Shown here: positions 25,100 to 34,856 of the stretch, piece after piece
Numbering within the stretch: position 1 is the first letter of the stretch
Layout: the number at the start of each line of letters is the position of its first letter
From: Candidatus Omnitrophota bacterium
GTDB taxonomy: Bacteria; Omnitrophota; Gorgyraeia; 2-01-FULL-45-10
Length of the DNA: 37,600 bases
Reading direction: 5' to 3'
NCBI GenBank assembly: GCA_022703295.1
Contig: JAKLDX010000001.1
Span: forward strand, 1 to 37,600
Program-made: the position numbers and the translations under genes
The notes under the pieces: generated by a model
The model's input: the letters and a program-made list of their open reading frames with translations, nothing else
Told to the model about the DNA's origin: nothing
Database searches by the model: none

Positions 25100-26866
25100 A
25101 TGAAAAAATTGCTGCTCGTAATCATTTCGCTCTCACTGGTTTTTTTCGGATACAAATTCCTGCAAAAAGAAATAAAAGCAAACCTTGGCCTGAACGCCAA
25201 AGTGGCCGCCGTTACGGATGAGCTTGAAAAAATACGCGCCGGCGCCAAGGGTATCTTTATAAACTTAAAGAGAAATTACTGTAAAGCCTTCCGTGACAAA
25301 AAGAACATTGCCGGTTTCTCGGAAGATGCCCCGGTTCAGTCGGTGGAACTGCACCTGATACGCGGCAGCGTTATGAGCGCGAAATTGATAAAAAAGACAT
25401 CAGGCGGGTATGAAGTTGAATGGAAGGGCGATAAATTTTTCATAAATTCAAGCCAGATAAAATATGTCGAATATAAGACCCAGAAGGAAACGGAATGGCC
25501 TTATAAAAATGATGTCGTCATAAGAAAGACAAATGGTGTAATGCTGGACGGAGAGATTACGGATGTAGCTGCCGACAGAGTCACTGTTTCCTTCAAAGAG
25601 GGCGGCGGCAGCGCCGACATGGACGTAAAAAAGTCCGAAATAGAGTACCTCCTTTTCGCGCCGGTATATAATAAGGAAAGCGAAGGCATAGAAAAGCGGA
25701 TAAAGGCGCAATTCCCGAAAATGAAATTTTATCGAGAAGGCAATATAACGCTTGTTACGGATTCCTATATAACGTGGGTGAATTTATATAAAAAAACACT
25801 TAGGAATGAATATACCGAGATATATTTCAAATTCTTCAGGCTGCTAAAAGGCCGGCGTGCCAAAACGCAAAATTTTGTCGTCGTCTTTGATGACTTTGCG
25901 GATTTTGCGGAATCATCCATGACTGACGGAGTGCCGTTCTGGGCGGTGCTCGGATATTTTAATCCTACGGACAAAGTGCTGTATCTGTTCAACGCCTTCG
26001 GCGATAGAGTCGAAAAGATGGTGTTCGATATCATAGTCGGAAGAACGGGAAAATCCGTAGACAAGATAGTCGAAGCCATTAAAAAACGCGTGGACGAAAG
26101 ATACCACATATTTATTGACGGCCAGGTGAAAGAATATACAGACAGGTACTGGGCCATCTATAGCCTGTATAAAGGCGAATTGACCGAGGAAACGCTGTCT
26201 ACGCTGCGCCATGAGTTTGCGCATGAGCTTTTCAGTAATTGGGGGGTGCAGGATATAATGCTTTCAAGGCCTAAAATAGACAAGGAAAAAATAGCCAGAA
26301 AGAAGAAGGAGTTCCTGGAAACTAAAGACTACAAAAAGAAAGAAGAGCTCCTGGAGGGCCTCATGAAGTTGAGGAGAGAAGAGGTTGAAGGCATTGAGAT
26401 GGAGGCAAGCGAATCCTGGCTTTCCGAAGGCCTGGCCACTTATTGCGGCACCGACCCTATCGGCTCAAAGGACGACTCCTGGCTTTTTATTTATCAGGAT
26501 GCCGCGAGAAATAAAGAGCTCAATCCCATAGAGTTCTTCACGTCTTTCAAGATGGGCAGCTTTCCAGGCCTTTGCCATAAGGCGGCGCTTGTTTCATACG
26601 CGCAAAGCTGGGCGTTCACCACATTTCTCATGGCCAGGTATCCGGACCAGTTTTTAACGTACCAGCAGGAGATCGCCGCTGTAAAACCGGGTACGGATAG
26701 CGGCGAAAAAAGGGAAGAGCTTAAAATATTATTGAAATGCCTGAATAAGGATCTGCCGGCCCTTGAAAAAGAGTTCGCCGACTACATGAATACTTATAAA
26801 AAAGTCGACGATCCGTATGTTGCGAAATTTATACGGTACCATGATGTATGGACCGGCGCGTCTTAA
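25100..26866 (+). CDS. Membrane-anchored or secreted putative gluzincin metallopeptidase (HEXXH; DUF1570-like)
   Basis: The ATG lies directly after the dedA stop. N-terminal hydrophobic segment LLLVIISLSLVFFGY. HEFAHE (HEXXH) is followed ~70 aa later by SWLSEGLATYCG, a candidate third-ligand Glu. The family assignment is from memory. Confidence 0.45.
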   Translation: MKKLLLVIISLSLVFFGYKFLQKEIKANLGLNAKVAAVTDELEKIRAGAKGIFINLKRNYCKAFRDKKNIAGFSEDAPVQSVELHLIRGSVMSAKLIKKTSGGYEVEWKGDKFFINSSQIKYVEYKTQKETEWPYKNDVVIRKTNGVMLDGEITDVAADRVTVSFKEGGGSADMDVKKSEIEYLLFAPVYNKESEGIEKRIKAQFPKMKFYREGNITLVTDSYITWVNLYKKTLRNEYTEIYFKFFRLLKGRRAKTQNFVVVFDDFADFAESSMTDGVPFWAVLGYFNPTDKVLYLFNAFGDRVEKMVFDIIVGRTGKSVDKIVEAIKKRVDERYHIFIDGQVKEYTDRYWAIYSLYKGELTEETLSTLRHEFAHELFSNWGVQDIMLSRPKIDKEKIARKKKEFLETKDYKKKEELLEGLMKLRREEVEGIEMEASESWLSEGLATYCGTDPIGSKDDSWLFIYQDAARNKELNPIEFFTSFKMGSFPGLCHKAALVSYAQSWAFTTFLMARYPDQFLTYQQEIAAVKPGTDSGEKREELKILLKCLNKDLPALEKEFADYMNTYKKVDDPYVAKFIRYHDVWTGAS

Positions 26867-26873
26867 AAATAAT

Positions 26874-27929
26874 ATGAAAACAACTATTCCTGTCTCAGTG
26901 GTCATGTGCGTACATAACGGCGAAAAATATCTTAAAGAAGCCGTTGACAGCATACTTGGCCAGACTTTCCGCGGTTTCGAATTCATAATAATCAATGACG
27001 GGTCTACCGATAAAACCGCGGATATACTTGCTGATTACGAAAAGACGGATAATCGTGTGCATGTCCATACACAGGAAAACCAGGGGCTGATCAGAGCGAG
27101 GAGCTTAGGTTATAACCTGTCAAAAGGGGCATACATAGCTAACATGGATGCTGATGATATAAGCTTGCCAGGCAGGCTCCGGGAACAATTCAAGTATTTA
27201 GAGGCCAACCGGGATGTTTTTGTTGCCGGCGTATACATAGAGAAAATTGATGAATCAGGCAAGAGGATCGTAGAAATAAAGTATCCCTCAAGTCCCGGCA
27301 TGGTAGGCTGGAACATGTTTTTTTATAATTGCCTTGCCAATCCGGCGGTTATGATAAGGCGCGAACTGATCGAAATGGCTAAGGGGTATGATCTGGCCAT
27401 GTCTCATGCCGAAGATTTTGATTTATGGGCCAGGGCAAACTTTATGGTAAAACTTGCCAATATCCCCGTCGTGTTATTGAAGTACCGTATTCACGGCGAC
27501 AACATTTCGTTTGTACATACAGAGACACAGTCTGAAAATACCGTCAGGATAATTCAGCGTTCGATAGGAAGGCTGCTGGATAGGGATATTGCCTCAAGAA
27601 CCGCGGAAAATATTAACGGGATCGCGGCAGGCGGCATTCCCAATAATTCCCCGGAGGATATTATAGTGACAGCTGCTACCATGCGGCAAATGTATTTATC
27701 TTATGTCAGAAAAAACCGGGTAGGGCGGGATGAGAAAAAAGAGGTATTGCAAGATGTCCTTTCCAAGATGTATATGATGCGTATATATGCCAGCAAGATA
27801 TCTGCGTCAGCCGAACTTATAGTAATATGGGAAATGTTCAAATTAGCGCCTTTTAGGATATTCGCGGTGTTCTGCAAATCAATACCCCGCAAGATAAAAA
27901 GGTTGACAAAGCATTTATTTTTGGTATAG
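26874..27929 (+). CDS. GT2 family glycosyltransferase
   Basis: ATG 26874 (the ORF is open from 26817). Motifs: VSVVMCVHNGEKYL, IIINDGSTDKT, NMDADD, AEDFDLW. Confidence 0.85.
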   Translation: MKTTIPVSVVMCVHNGEKYLKEAVDSILGQTFRGFEFIIINDGSTDKTADILADYEKTDNRVHVHTQENQGLIRARSLGYNLSKGAYIANMDADDISLPGRLREQFKYLEANRDVFVAGVYIEKIDESGKRIVEIKYPSSPGMVGWNMFFYNCLANPAVMIRRELIEMAKGYDLAMSHAEDFDLWARANFMVKLANIPVVLLKYRIHGDNISFVHTETQSENTVRIIQRSIGRLLDRDIASRTAENINGIAAGGIPNNSPEDIIVTAATMRQMYLSYVRKNRVGRDEKKEVLQDVLSKMYMMRIYASKISASAELIVIWEMFKLAPFRIFAVFCKSIPRKIKRLTKHLFLV

Positions 27930-27941
27930 TAGTATCAAAAT

Positions 27942-27975
27942 TCACTCAATGGGGAGTGATATTTTTTTGTTTTTG
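27942..27975 (+). terminator. Rho-independent terminator after the GT2 gene
   Basis: TCACTC-aatggg-GAGTGA stem-loop followed by TATTTTTTTGTTTTT. Confidence 0.55.
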
Positions 27976-28029
27976 GTCTTGCTGAACAACGATAGTCCAG
28001 CCTTTTATAATAATCCCAAAGAATAGGCT

Positions 28030-29475
28030 ATGAAAGAGACATATATAATACTAGCGGCTGTTTTTGTCCCTGTTTTAGGATCGTTCCTGCTTCCTTTAAT
28101 AGGGCGGTTTTCGACAAGGATAAGGAATGTTGCCAGCTTTCTTTTCGTGCTGACCTCCTTCCTGTGCTCCCTTGCGCTTGTTTCGTCAGCCATGGCGGGC
28201 AAGGCGGTAGTATTCTCACGGCAGTTGCCGCTTGGCTTTAATCTTTCCTTCACGGCGGACGGCCTGGCTGTTTTTATGGCATGCGTATCATCTTCCATAA
28301 GCGCCATAATAATCCTTTATTCTTTCGGGTATATAAGTCATTACGAAAATCAGAACGAATATTATTTCATGGTCGTACTGTTCCTGGGTGCGATGATGGG
28401 CCTGGTATTCTCGTCTAATCTCATACCCCTGTACATATTCTGGGAGATAACGGCTATCACGAGCTGGCGCCTTATAGGTTTCTTCAGGGAAAAGACGCAT
28501 GTATTCCGAGCCGACAAGGCATTCTTAGTGACGGTGTTCGGAGCGCTTGCTATGCTAATAGGCTTCATCAGCATATATCAGCAGGCGGGCTCTTTTGAAT
28601 TATCGGTGATAAAAGAGGCCTTCAGGACGAATCCTCTGCCTGGCATGGTCGTGCTACTTATATTAATAGGTATACTATCAAAATCAGCGACGCTGCCGTT
28701 TCACACATGGCTGCCGGACGCCGGTGTGGCGCCATCGCCCGTGACGGCACTGCTTCATGCCGCGGTGCTTGTCAAAATAGGGGTGTATGTTTTTGCGCGG
28801 CTCTTTGTTGCCACATTCGCATTGCCGGAGCTGTGGCATACGGTCATTCCTGTAATAGCCGGCGCGAGTGCCCTGGTTTCCGCGGCCGCCGCGCTTATAG
28901 AAACGGATATTAAGAGGATCATAGCCTATTCGACCGTAAGCCAGATAGGCTTTATATTTTTCGGACTTGCCGTCGGTAATGAAATAGGCGTAATAGGAGC
29001 GATGCTGTATATACTCACTCACGGGCTTGCCAAGGCAGGCCTGTTCTTGTCCGCGGGCATAATAGAACAGAATACCAAGACCAAGGATATAACGAAACTC
29101 GGCGGCCTGATGGGCACTATGCCCGTTACCGCGATATCGTTCCTCTTCTGCGCTTTCTCCGTAATGGGCGTTCCGCCTCTCGGGGGATTTTTCAGTAAAT
29201 ATCTCGTATTTTCCGGAGCCGTGAACAGGGGCGACCTGTGGATAGCGGGGGTTTTTCTTTTAGGAGCTTTTCTTACGATAATATATCTCTTCAGGTTATT
29301 TAACCTGGTTTTCCTGGGAAAAAGTGCTTTTCCCCAGGCCAGGGAAGGCAGCCTCGGCATGGTATCTTGCGTGGCGGCCCTTGCGGTTCTGTCGGTTTTA
29401 AGCGGGATATTCATTTCGTATCCGGCTAAAGTAGCGGGAGTTAGCGTTCAACAAATGCTGGGGATGATTAAATGA
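28030..29475 (+). CDS. Antiporter-like subunit (MrpD / NuoN-M family proton-conducting membrane transporter)
   Basis: 481 aa, ~14 TM. Family patterns: WEITAITSW, KSATLPFHTWLPDA, AYSTVSQIGF. Confidence 0.85.
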   Translation: MKETYIILAAVFVPVLGSFLLPLIGRFSTRIRNVASFLFVLTSFLCSLALVSSAMAGKAVVFSRQLPLGFNLSFTADGLAVFMACVSSSISAIIILYSFGYISHYENQNEYYFMVVLFLGAMMGLVFSSNLIPLYIFWEITAITSWRLIGFFREKTHVFRADKAFLVTVFGALAMLIGFISIYQQAGSFELSVIKEAFRTNPLPGMVVLLILIGILSKSATLPFHTWLPDAGVAPSPVTALLHAAVLVKIGVYVFARLFVATFALPELWHTVIPVIAGASALVSAAAALIETDIKRIIAYSTVSQIGFIFFGLAVGNEIGVIGAMLYILTHGLAKAGLFLSAGIIEQNTKTKDITKLGGLMGTMPVTAISFLFCAFSVMGVPPLGGFFSKYLVFSGAVNRGDLWIAGVFLLGAFLTIIYLFRLFNLVFLGKSAFPQAREGSLGMVSCVAALAVLSVLSGIFISYPAKVAGVSVQQMLGMIK

Positions 29476-31289
29476 CGCCTTCGATATTATTGCTGCTGGT
29501 ACTGATACCTTTGATTTCCGGGATAGCTTCTATATTCATGCCGAAAAGGGCGTCTCTGGTATCATTATTGGCCACAACTTTGAACCTTTTGATCTCAATC
29601 ATGGTATTCAAACAGGGCCTGAGCTACTCCGTGCCCTGGCTCGGCTTCGGCATAGATCTGTCGCTCAGGCTTTATAACTTCAGCGCGTTTATAATACTGT
29701 CGATATCGGCATTTTCCTTCCTGATTTCCCTGTATTCGGTTGTGTTCATGAGCGGCCGTCATAAATCAAACCAGTTTTTCTCATACTTTCTGATCAATAT
29801 AGCTTTTGCCACCGGCGCTATACTTGCCGATAATTTTATAGTGATGCTATTTTTCTGGGAAGGCCTGCTCCTTACCATGTTCGGTATGATATCTACCGGC
29901 ACTAAGGAAGCCTTCAGGACAGCCATAAAAGCATTTATCATTCTGGGCATAGCGGACCTCTGCATGATGGTGGGCATAGCGTTGACGGCCCACCTGGCAG
30001 GCACCCTTACGATCTCAAAAATAAACCTGCCGATACATTCTCTGGGCGGAGTAGCCTTTATCCTGTTAATAATCGGGGCAATATCGAAATCGGGGGCCAT
30101 GCCTTTCCATAGCTGGATACCTGACGCGGCAACCGACGCGCCGCTGCCTTTCATGGCGCTCGTTCCGGCGGCGTTTGAGAAGCTGGTCGGCATATATTTC
30201 CTTACAAGGATCTGCCTTGACATATTCATCCTGGACCCGAAAAGCTGGGCCAGCCCGCTTCTTATGATAATAGGCTCGATAACGATAATACTCGCCGTAA
30301 TGATGGCGCTTATACAGAAAGAATATAAAAGGCTTTTGTCGTATCATGCCATAAGCCAGGTGGGGTACATGATCCTCGGCGTAGGCACTGCGATGCCCGC
30401 AGGTATCATCGGCGGGCTTTTTCACATGATAAACAATGCCATGTATAAAAGCTGCCTCTTCCTTACCGGCGGCTCGGTCGAAAAAAGCGCGGGCACGACA
30501 GACCTGGGAAAATTAGGCGGCATAGGCCGGAAGATGCCGGTCACGTTCGCGTGTTTCATAATAACGGCAGCGGCCATATCCGGAGTACCGCCGTTCAACG
30601 GATTCTTTTCCAAGGAGCTCGTATACGACGGGGCGCTGGAGCGCGGGGTCGTATTTTACCTTGCCGCGCTCGTCGGATCTTTTTTCACTGCCGCGTCATT
30701 CCTGAAACTTGGGCATGCGGCGTTCCTGGGCAAGATAAGTAAAGAGAATGAGAACGTGAAAGAGGTCCATGCGGCGATGCTTGTCCCGATGATAATCATA
30801 GCCGTAGCCTGCATAGTCTTCGGAGTTTACAATTATCTTCCGATAAGCGTGATTCAGAGCGTGCTGGGCGAGGCAAGGCTGGAGGGGCATAATTTCTGGG
30901 GCTTCCCCGCGAACATGACGCTAGTGGCCTTAAGCGTTATAGTTTTAATAGGGGCACTTTTAAATCATCTGTTCGGCGTAAAGAAATTCGGCAGCGGCCT
31001 TAAAGCGGTCGACCATATCCATTACGCCCCGGGATTGTCGCAAATATACGCAAAGGCCGAAAAGAGATTCTTTGACCCGTATGATATAGGCCTTAAGATA
31101 GTAGGGGCCATAGCGCGCATAGGCTGGTGGTGTGATAAATTTATAGATTGGATATACGATAATCTCGTTGTCAGGGTAACGTACATTTTTTCCGACGGTA
31201 TAAGGTTTGCGCATACCGGCAATTATTCTTTTTATATTGTGTGGTCCATGGTAGGAATGATAGCGGTCCTGGTATTTTTGATCCGCTAA
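29472..31289 (+). CDS. Antiporter-like subunit (MrpA / NuoL family)
   Basis: 605 aa with an ATGA overlap with the upstream gene. Motifs: FFWEGLLL, KSGAMPFHSWIPDA, SYHAISQVGYM. It has a C-terminal extension beyond the 14-TM core, as in the NuoL/MrpA type. Confidence 0.8.
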   Translation: MTPSILLLLVLIPLISGIASIFMPKRASLVSLLATTLNLLISIMVFKQGLSYSVPWLGFGIDLSLRLYNFSAFIILSISAFSFLISLYSVVFMSGRHKSNQFFSYFLINIAFATGAILADNFIVMLFFWEGLLLTMFGMISTGTKEAFRTAIKAFIILGIADLCMMVGIALTAHLAGTLTISKINLPIHSLGGVAFILLIIGAISKSGAMPFHSWIPDAATDAPLPFMALVPAAFEKLVGIYFLTRICLDIFILDPKSWASPLLMIIGSITIILAVMMALIQKEYKRLLSYHAISQVGYMILGVGTAMPAGIIGGLFHMINNAMYKSCLFLTGGSVEKSAGTTDLGKLGGIGRKMPVTFACFIITAAAISGVPPFNGFFSKELVYDGALERGVVFYLAALVGSFFTAASFLKLGHAAFLGKISKENENVKEVHAAMLVPMIIIAVACIVFGVYNYLPISVIQSVLGEARLEGHNFWGFPANMTLVALSVIVLIGALLNHLFGVKKFGSGLKAVDHIHYAPGLSQIYAKAEKRFFDPYDIGLKIVGAIARIGWWCDKFIDWIYDNLVVRVTYIFSDGIRFAHTGNYSFYIVWSMVGMIAVLVFLIR

Positions 31290-31319
31290 ACAAAGCAGGT
31301 ATCCGGGAGGTATTTTTAA

Positions 31320-32753
31320 GTGATTTCTTTGCTGATATTCATGCCGTTCTTAGCCTTGTTGATCCTGAATATACCATTTAAGGATATAACAAAAAAAGAC
31401 GCTTTCTGGGCTGTGTTGGCACTCTCCGCCCTTCAGGCCGGTATCAGCCTGTTCCCGAACGCATCATTCTGGGACAGCGCCTCGGATGTTATCGGTAATT
31501 TCTTCAAACTGAATCTGGCTATAGACAGCCTGAGCATAGTGTTATTATTCTGCATAGGAACGGTGACTTTCATTACGGCGCTTGTTGCAAAACATTTTAT
31601 TACAGACCAGAAACGGCTTTTTAATTTCACAAGCCTTTTACTCGTAATCCTTGCGGGGATGAACGGCATCGTCATGACAAGGGACATATTTTCGTTATAC
31701 GTATTTATAGAGATAGCCGCGATAGCGTCTTTTATATTAATAGCGATGAACAAAGATATCGACGCCATCGAAGGCGCGTTCAAATATCTTATCCTTTCGG
31801 CCATAGCCACGACCATGATGCTCTCTTCCATAGCCCTTATACTATTGATGGTCGGCGATACTGACCTGTCGGTAATAAGCTATGCTATGAAGACGTCCGA
31901 GCGCGCTCCGATAATCATGGCGGCGATCGGTTTATTTATATGCGGCTTATTTATAAAAGGAGGGCTCGTGCCTTTTCACGGGTGGCTGCCGGACGCGTAT
32001 TCTTCGGCCAGTGCCCCGGCATCGGTGCTTCTGGCAGGGATCGTGACCAAGACGGTCGGAATATATACGCTCATGAGGATTATGATTTCGGCATTCGGTT
32101 TTGATAACACCGTCAAGACTATACTTATGCTTGTAGGGACAGTTTCTATAGTATTCGGCGCTCTTGCGGCAATAGGACAGGCCGATTTTAAAAGAATGCT
32201 CGCATATTCAAGTATAAGCCAGGTCGGGTATATAGTTTTGGGACTGGGATGCGGGACAGGCCTTGCTATAGCCGGCGCCGCATTCCATCTTTTCAATCAC
32301 GCCATGTTCAAATCTCTGCTCTTCGTCAACTCGGCGTCGGTGGAGCTCGAGACCAAGACAAGGGACATGAACAAGATGACCGGATTCGGACAGAAGATGC
32401 CGGTGGCCGCCTTTACGTCGGCCGTAGCTACTTTATCCGCCTCGGGGATACCGCCTCTTGCCGGTTTTTGGAGCAAGCTCATTATAGTCATGGCGCTATG
32501 GGCGGCCGGGCACTACGCTTACGCGGCGATAGCGGTCCTTGCGAGCGTCATAACACTTGCGTATTTTCTTTCCATGCAGAGAAGGGTGTTCTTCGGCAAG
32601 CTGTCCGGGGAGCTTAAAGATATAAGAGAAACCGCCGGCGGGCTTGTATTATCGGCATCGATCCTTGCCGCAATAACTATAGGGGCAGGCGTATTTTTTC
32701 CGTTCATGCTGAACGTTTTTATACTGCCCATAGCTAATATGATAGGTCGCTAA
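31320..32753 (+). CDS. Antiporter-like subunit (MrpD / NuoM-N family)
   Basis: 477 aa, GTG start after GGGAGG. Motifs: KGGLVPFHGWLPDA, AYSSISQVGY, HLFNHAMFKSLLF. Confidence 0.85.
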   Translation: MISLLIFMPFLALLILNIPFKDITKKDAFWAVLALSALQAGISLFPNASFWDSASDVIGNFFKLNLAIDSLSIVLLFCIGTVTFITALVAKHFITDQKRLFNFTSLLLVILAGMNGIVMTRDIFSLYVFIEIAAIASFILIAMNKDIDAIEGAFKYLILSAIATTMMLSSIALILLMVGDTDLSVISYAMKTSERAPIIMAAIGLFICGLFIKGGLVPFHGWLPDAYSSASAPASVLLAGIVTKTVGIYTLMRIMISAFGFDNTVKTILMLVGTVSIVFGALAAIGQADFKRMLAYSSISQVGYIVLGLGCGTGLAIAGAAFHLFNHAMFKSLLFVNSASVELETKTRDMNKMTGFGQKMPVAAFTSAVATLSASGIPPLAGFWSKLIIVMALWAAGHYAYAAIAVLASVITLAYFLSMQRRVFFGKLSGELKDIRETAGGLVLSASILAAITIGAGVFFPFMLNVFILPIANMIGR

Positions 32754-32754
32754 A

Positions 32755-33243
32755 ATGAAATTAAATTTTGTAATACTAATCGCGTTGGTGCTGTTTTCGC
32801 TGTGGACTGTCATGACCAGAAGCCTCATAAGGTCGGCCATAGGGCTTGCCCTTACAAGCGCCATTCTGACAATTGCCATGTTCAGGCTGAATTCACCCAT
32901 AGCGGCTGTTTTTGAGCTTTCGGTATGCGCGGGGCTCATCTCCGTGCTGTTTGTGAGCACCATAAGCCTTACGCATCCCGAGACCCGCGAGGAGGCGATG
33001 CAGCACATGAAGGACCGCCTGACAAGGTTCTGGTATCTTCCGGTCATCGTGATTGTCGCAGTCGTAATATTAAGCGCTATGCGTATGAACCTGCATTTCA
33101 ACCTGCCGACGCCGGACGCCGAGAAGGATGTGCAATCCGTAATGTGGAACCTGCGGCAGCTTGATCTCTTCGGACAGATAATAGTATTGCTTACCGGAGT
33201 TTTTGGCGTTGTTATACTGCTCAAGGAGGCTAAAAAGAAATGA
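32755..33243 (+). CDS. MnhB/MrpB-like small membrane subunit
   Basis: 162 aa with 4-5 TM segments. The assignment rests on position and size within an Mrp/Mbh-type module. I see only weak motif similarity. Confidence 0.5.
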   Translation: MKLNFVILIALVLFSLWTVMTRSLIRSAIGLALTSAILTIAMFRLNSPIAAVFELSVCAGLISVLFVSTISLTHPETREEAMQHMKDRLTRFWYLPVIVIVAVVILSAMRMNLHFNLPTPDAEKDVQSVMWNLRQLDLFGQIIVLLTGVFGVVILLKEAKKK

Positions 33244-33560
33244 CACCACAAAGTCTTGATGTATTCTGCTTCTTCTGCCCCTTTGTATTGGTGCTTTTTA
33301 TAATAGGCCTTTATTGTGTTATAGTGACCACTAATCTGATAAGGGCGCTTATAGGGATAGAGATCCTGATAAAGGCTGTGACGCTTTTACTTATCGTCGC
33401 AGGGTACATAACGGGCCATGTCGCCCTGGCCCAGAGCCTGGTCATCACGCTTGTAGTCATCGAAGTCGTGTTCATGGTCGTTGCCGTAGGCGTGGTGCTC
33501 GGCGCCTACCAGCATTACAATTCGCTCGATGCCGGGAACCTGAGAAAGCTTAAAGGATAA
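33240..33560 (+). CDS. MrpC / NuoK-like membrane subunit
   Basis: 106 aa, 3 TM. NLIRALIGIEILIKAVTLLLI is the NuoK/MnhC signature, with the conserved membrane-embedded Glu. Confidence 0.75.
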   Translation: MTPQSLDVFCFFCPFVLVLFIIGLYCVIVTTNLIRALIGIEILIKAVTLLLIVAGYITGHVALAQSLVITLVVIEVVFMVVAVGVVLGAYQHYNSLDAGNLRKLKG

Positions 33561-33566
33561 AAATAT

Positions 33567-33899
33567 ATGAACGCTATACTAATTACGCCGCCGGTTACAT
33601 TGATCATAATCCTGGCCGTCACTCTGATGATCTACCGGCTTTTTTCCCGGCTTGCGTTCAGAGCAAAGAAACCCTCCGACGGGTCGCGGAAATCCTACGC
33701 ATGCGGCGAAGATACATATAACAATATGGCCCAGCCCGACTATACGAACTTTTTTCCTTTTGCGTTTTTTTTCACCATCGCGCATGTCGCGGCCCTTATC
33801 ATGACTACCGTTCCGCGGGAAAGCCTGAGCGTTTTTGCCGTCGCCGCCTTTTACATATTGGGCGCCGTCATCGCGCTTTTCATATTGATGAGAGACTAA
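33567..33899 (+). CDS. Small membrane linker subunit (MbhI / NuoA-like)
   Basis: 110 aa, 3 TM. The loop motif YACGED resembles the NuoA Y-E-C-G loop. It lies between the antiporter and hydrogenase modules. Confidence 0.4.
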   Translation: MNAILITPPVTLIIILAVTLMIYRLFSRLAFRAKKPSDGSRKSYACGEDTYNNMAQPDYTNFFPFAFFFTIAHVAALIMTTVPRESLSVFAVAAFYILGAVIALFILMRD

Positions 33900-33903
33900 A
33901 TTT

Positions 33904-34362
33904 ATGGGGATGATAAAAAAGATAATAAACTGGTCAAGGTTGAAATCGCCGTGGATCCTGCATTTTAACACCGGAGCGTGCAACGCCTGCGACATCGAAA
34001 TAATAGCCGCGCTGACGCCTCGTTACGACCTGGAAAGGTTCGGCGTGATCTTAAAAGGCACTCCCCGGCATGCCGATGTCCTTGTTTGCTCAGGCCCCGT
34101 GACGCGCCAGATAGAGGACAGGCTTATCAGGATATACGAGCAGATGGCAGAGCCTAAATTCGTCGTGGCCGTCGGCACCTGCGCCTGCACGGGAGGGGTT
34201 TTCGGAGGATGCTACAATGTAAAGGGCGGGATAAATTCGGCCATACCGGTATCCGCTTATATTCCGGGTTGTCCGGCAAGCCCGAAGGCAATAATAGACG
34301 GCGTCGTGAAATTACTGAAGAGCCTTGAAGAGAGTGAAACGAAAGCGGCTCCAGCCAAATAA
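33904..34362 (+). CDS. Group 4 [NiFe]-hydrogenase small subunit (NuoB family, one [4Fe-4S] cluster)
   Basis: GACNACDIE ... GTCACTGG ... IPGCPASP cysteine pattern of the NuoB/HycG/MbhJ family. Confidence 0.85.
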   Translation: MGMIKKIINWSRLKSPWILHFNTGACNACDIEIIAALTPRYDLERFGVILKGTPRHADVLVCSGPVTRQIEDRLIRIYEQMAEPKFVVAVGTCACTGGVFGGCYNVKGGINSAIPVSAYIPGCPASPKAIIDGVVKLLKSLEESETKAAPAK

Positions 34363-34379
34363 TTTTTTCAGGAGAGACA

Positions 34380-34850
34380 ATGTCAGCAGAAGAGAGCATA
34401 AAAAAAGAACTCACAGAGGCGTTCGATTTTATAGGAGAGGATAAAATAAATATACAGAGGCCCGGACGGATATTTATTGAAGTAGGCCAGGAGAATTTCG
34501 CGAAAGTCTTCGATTATGCGGTAAGGCAGTTGAAATTTTCGCATCTTTGCACGATAACGGGATTTGACGAAAAAGAAAGGCTGGCCTTCATGTACCATCT
34601 CACGCAAGGCCCAGGCCCGATGTTAAATATAAAAACGAGCGTTCCGAAGGAAAAGCCGGTTATAAAAAGCGTTACACCGTATTTTCCGGGCGCGGATTGT
34701 TACGAAAGAGAGCTCGAGGACTTGTTCGGAGCCACCGTCGAGGGCCTGATGCCCGGATTCAGGTACCCGCTCCCCGATAATTGGCCGAAAGGACAGCATC
34801 CGTTATTAAAAGACTGGAAGCAGGACACATCCGAGCAAAAGAAAGGGTAG
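34380..34850 (+). CDS. NuoC-like (30 kDa) hydrogenase subunit
   Basis: 156 aa. Motifs: LCTITGFD, FPGADCYERELEDLFG. Confidence 0.8.
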   Translation: MSAEESIKKELTEAFDFIGEDKINIQRPGRIFIEVGQENFAKVFDYAVRQLKFSHLCTITGFDEKERLAFMYHLTQGPGPMLNIKTSVPKEKPVIKSVTPYFPGADCYERELEDLFGATVEGLMPGFRYPLPDNWPKGQHPLLKDWKQDTSEQKKG

Positions 34851-34856
34851 CTTGCC

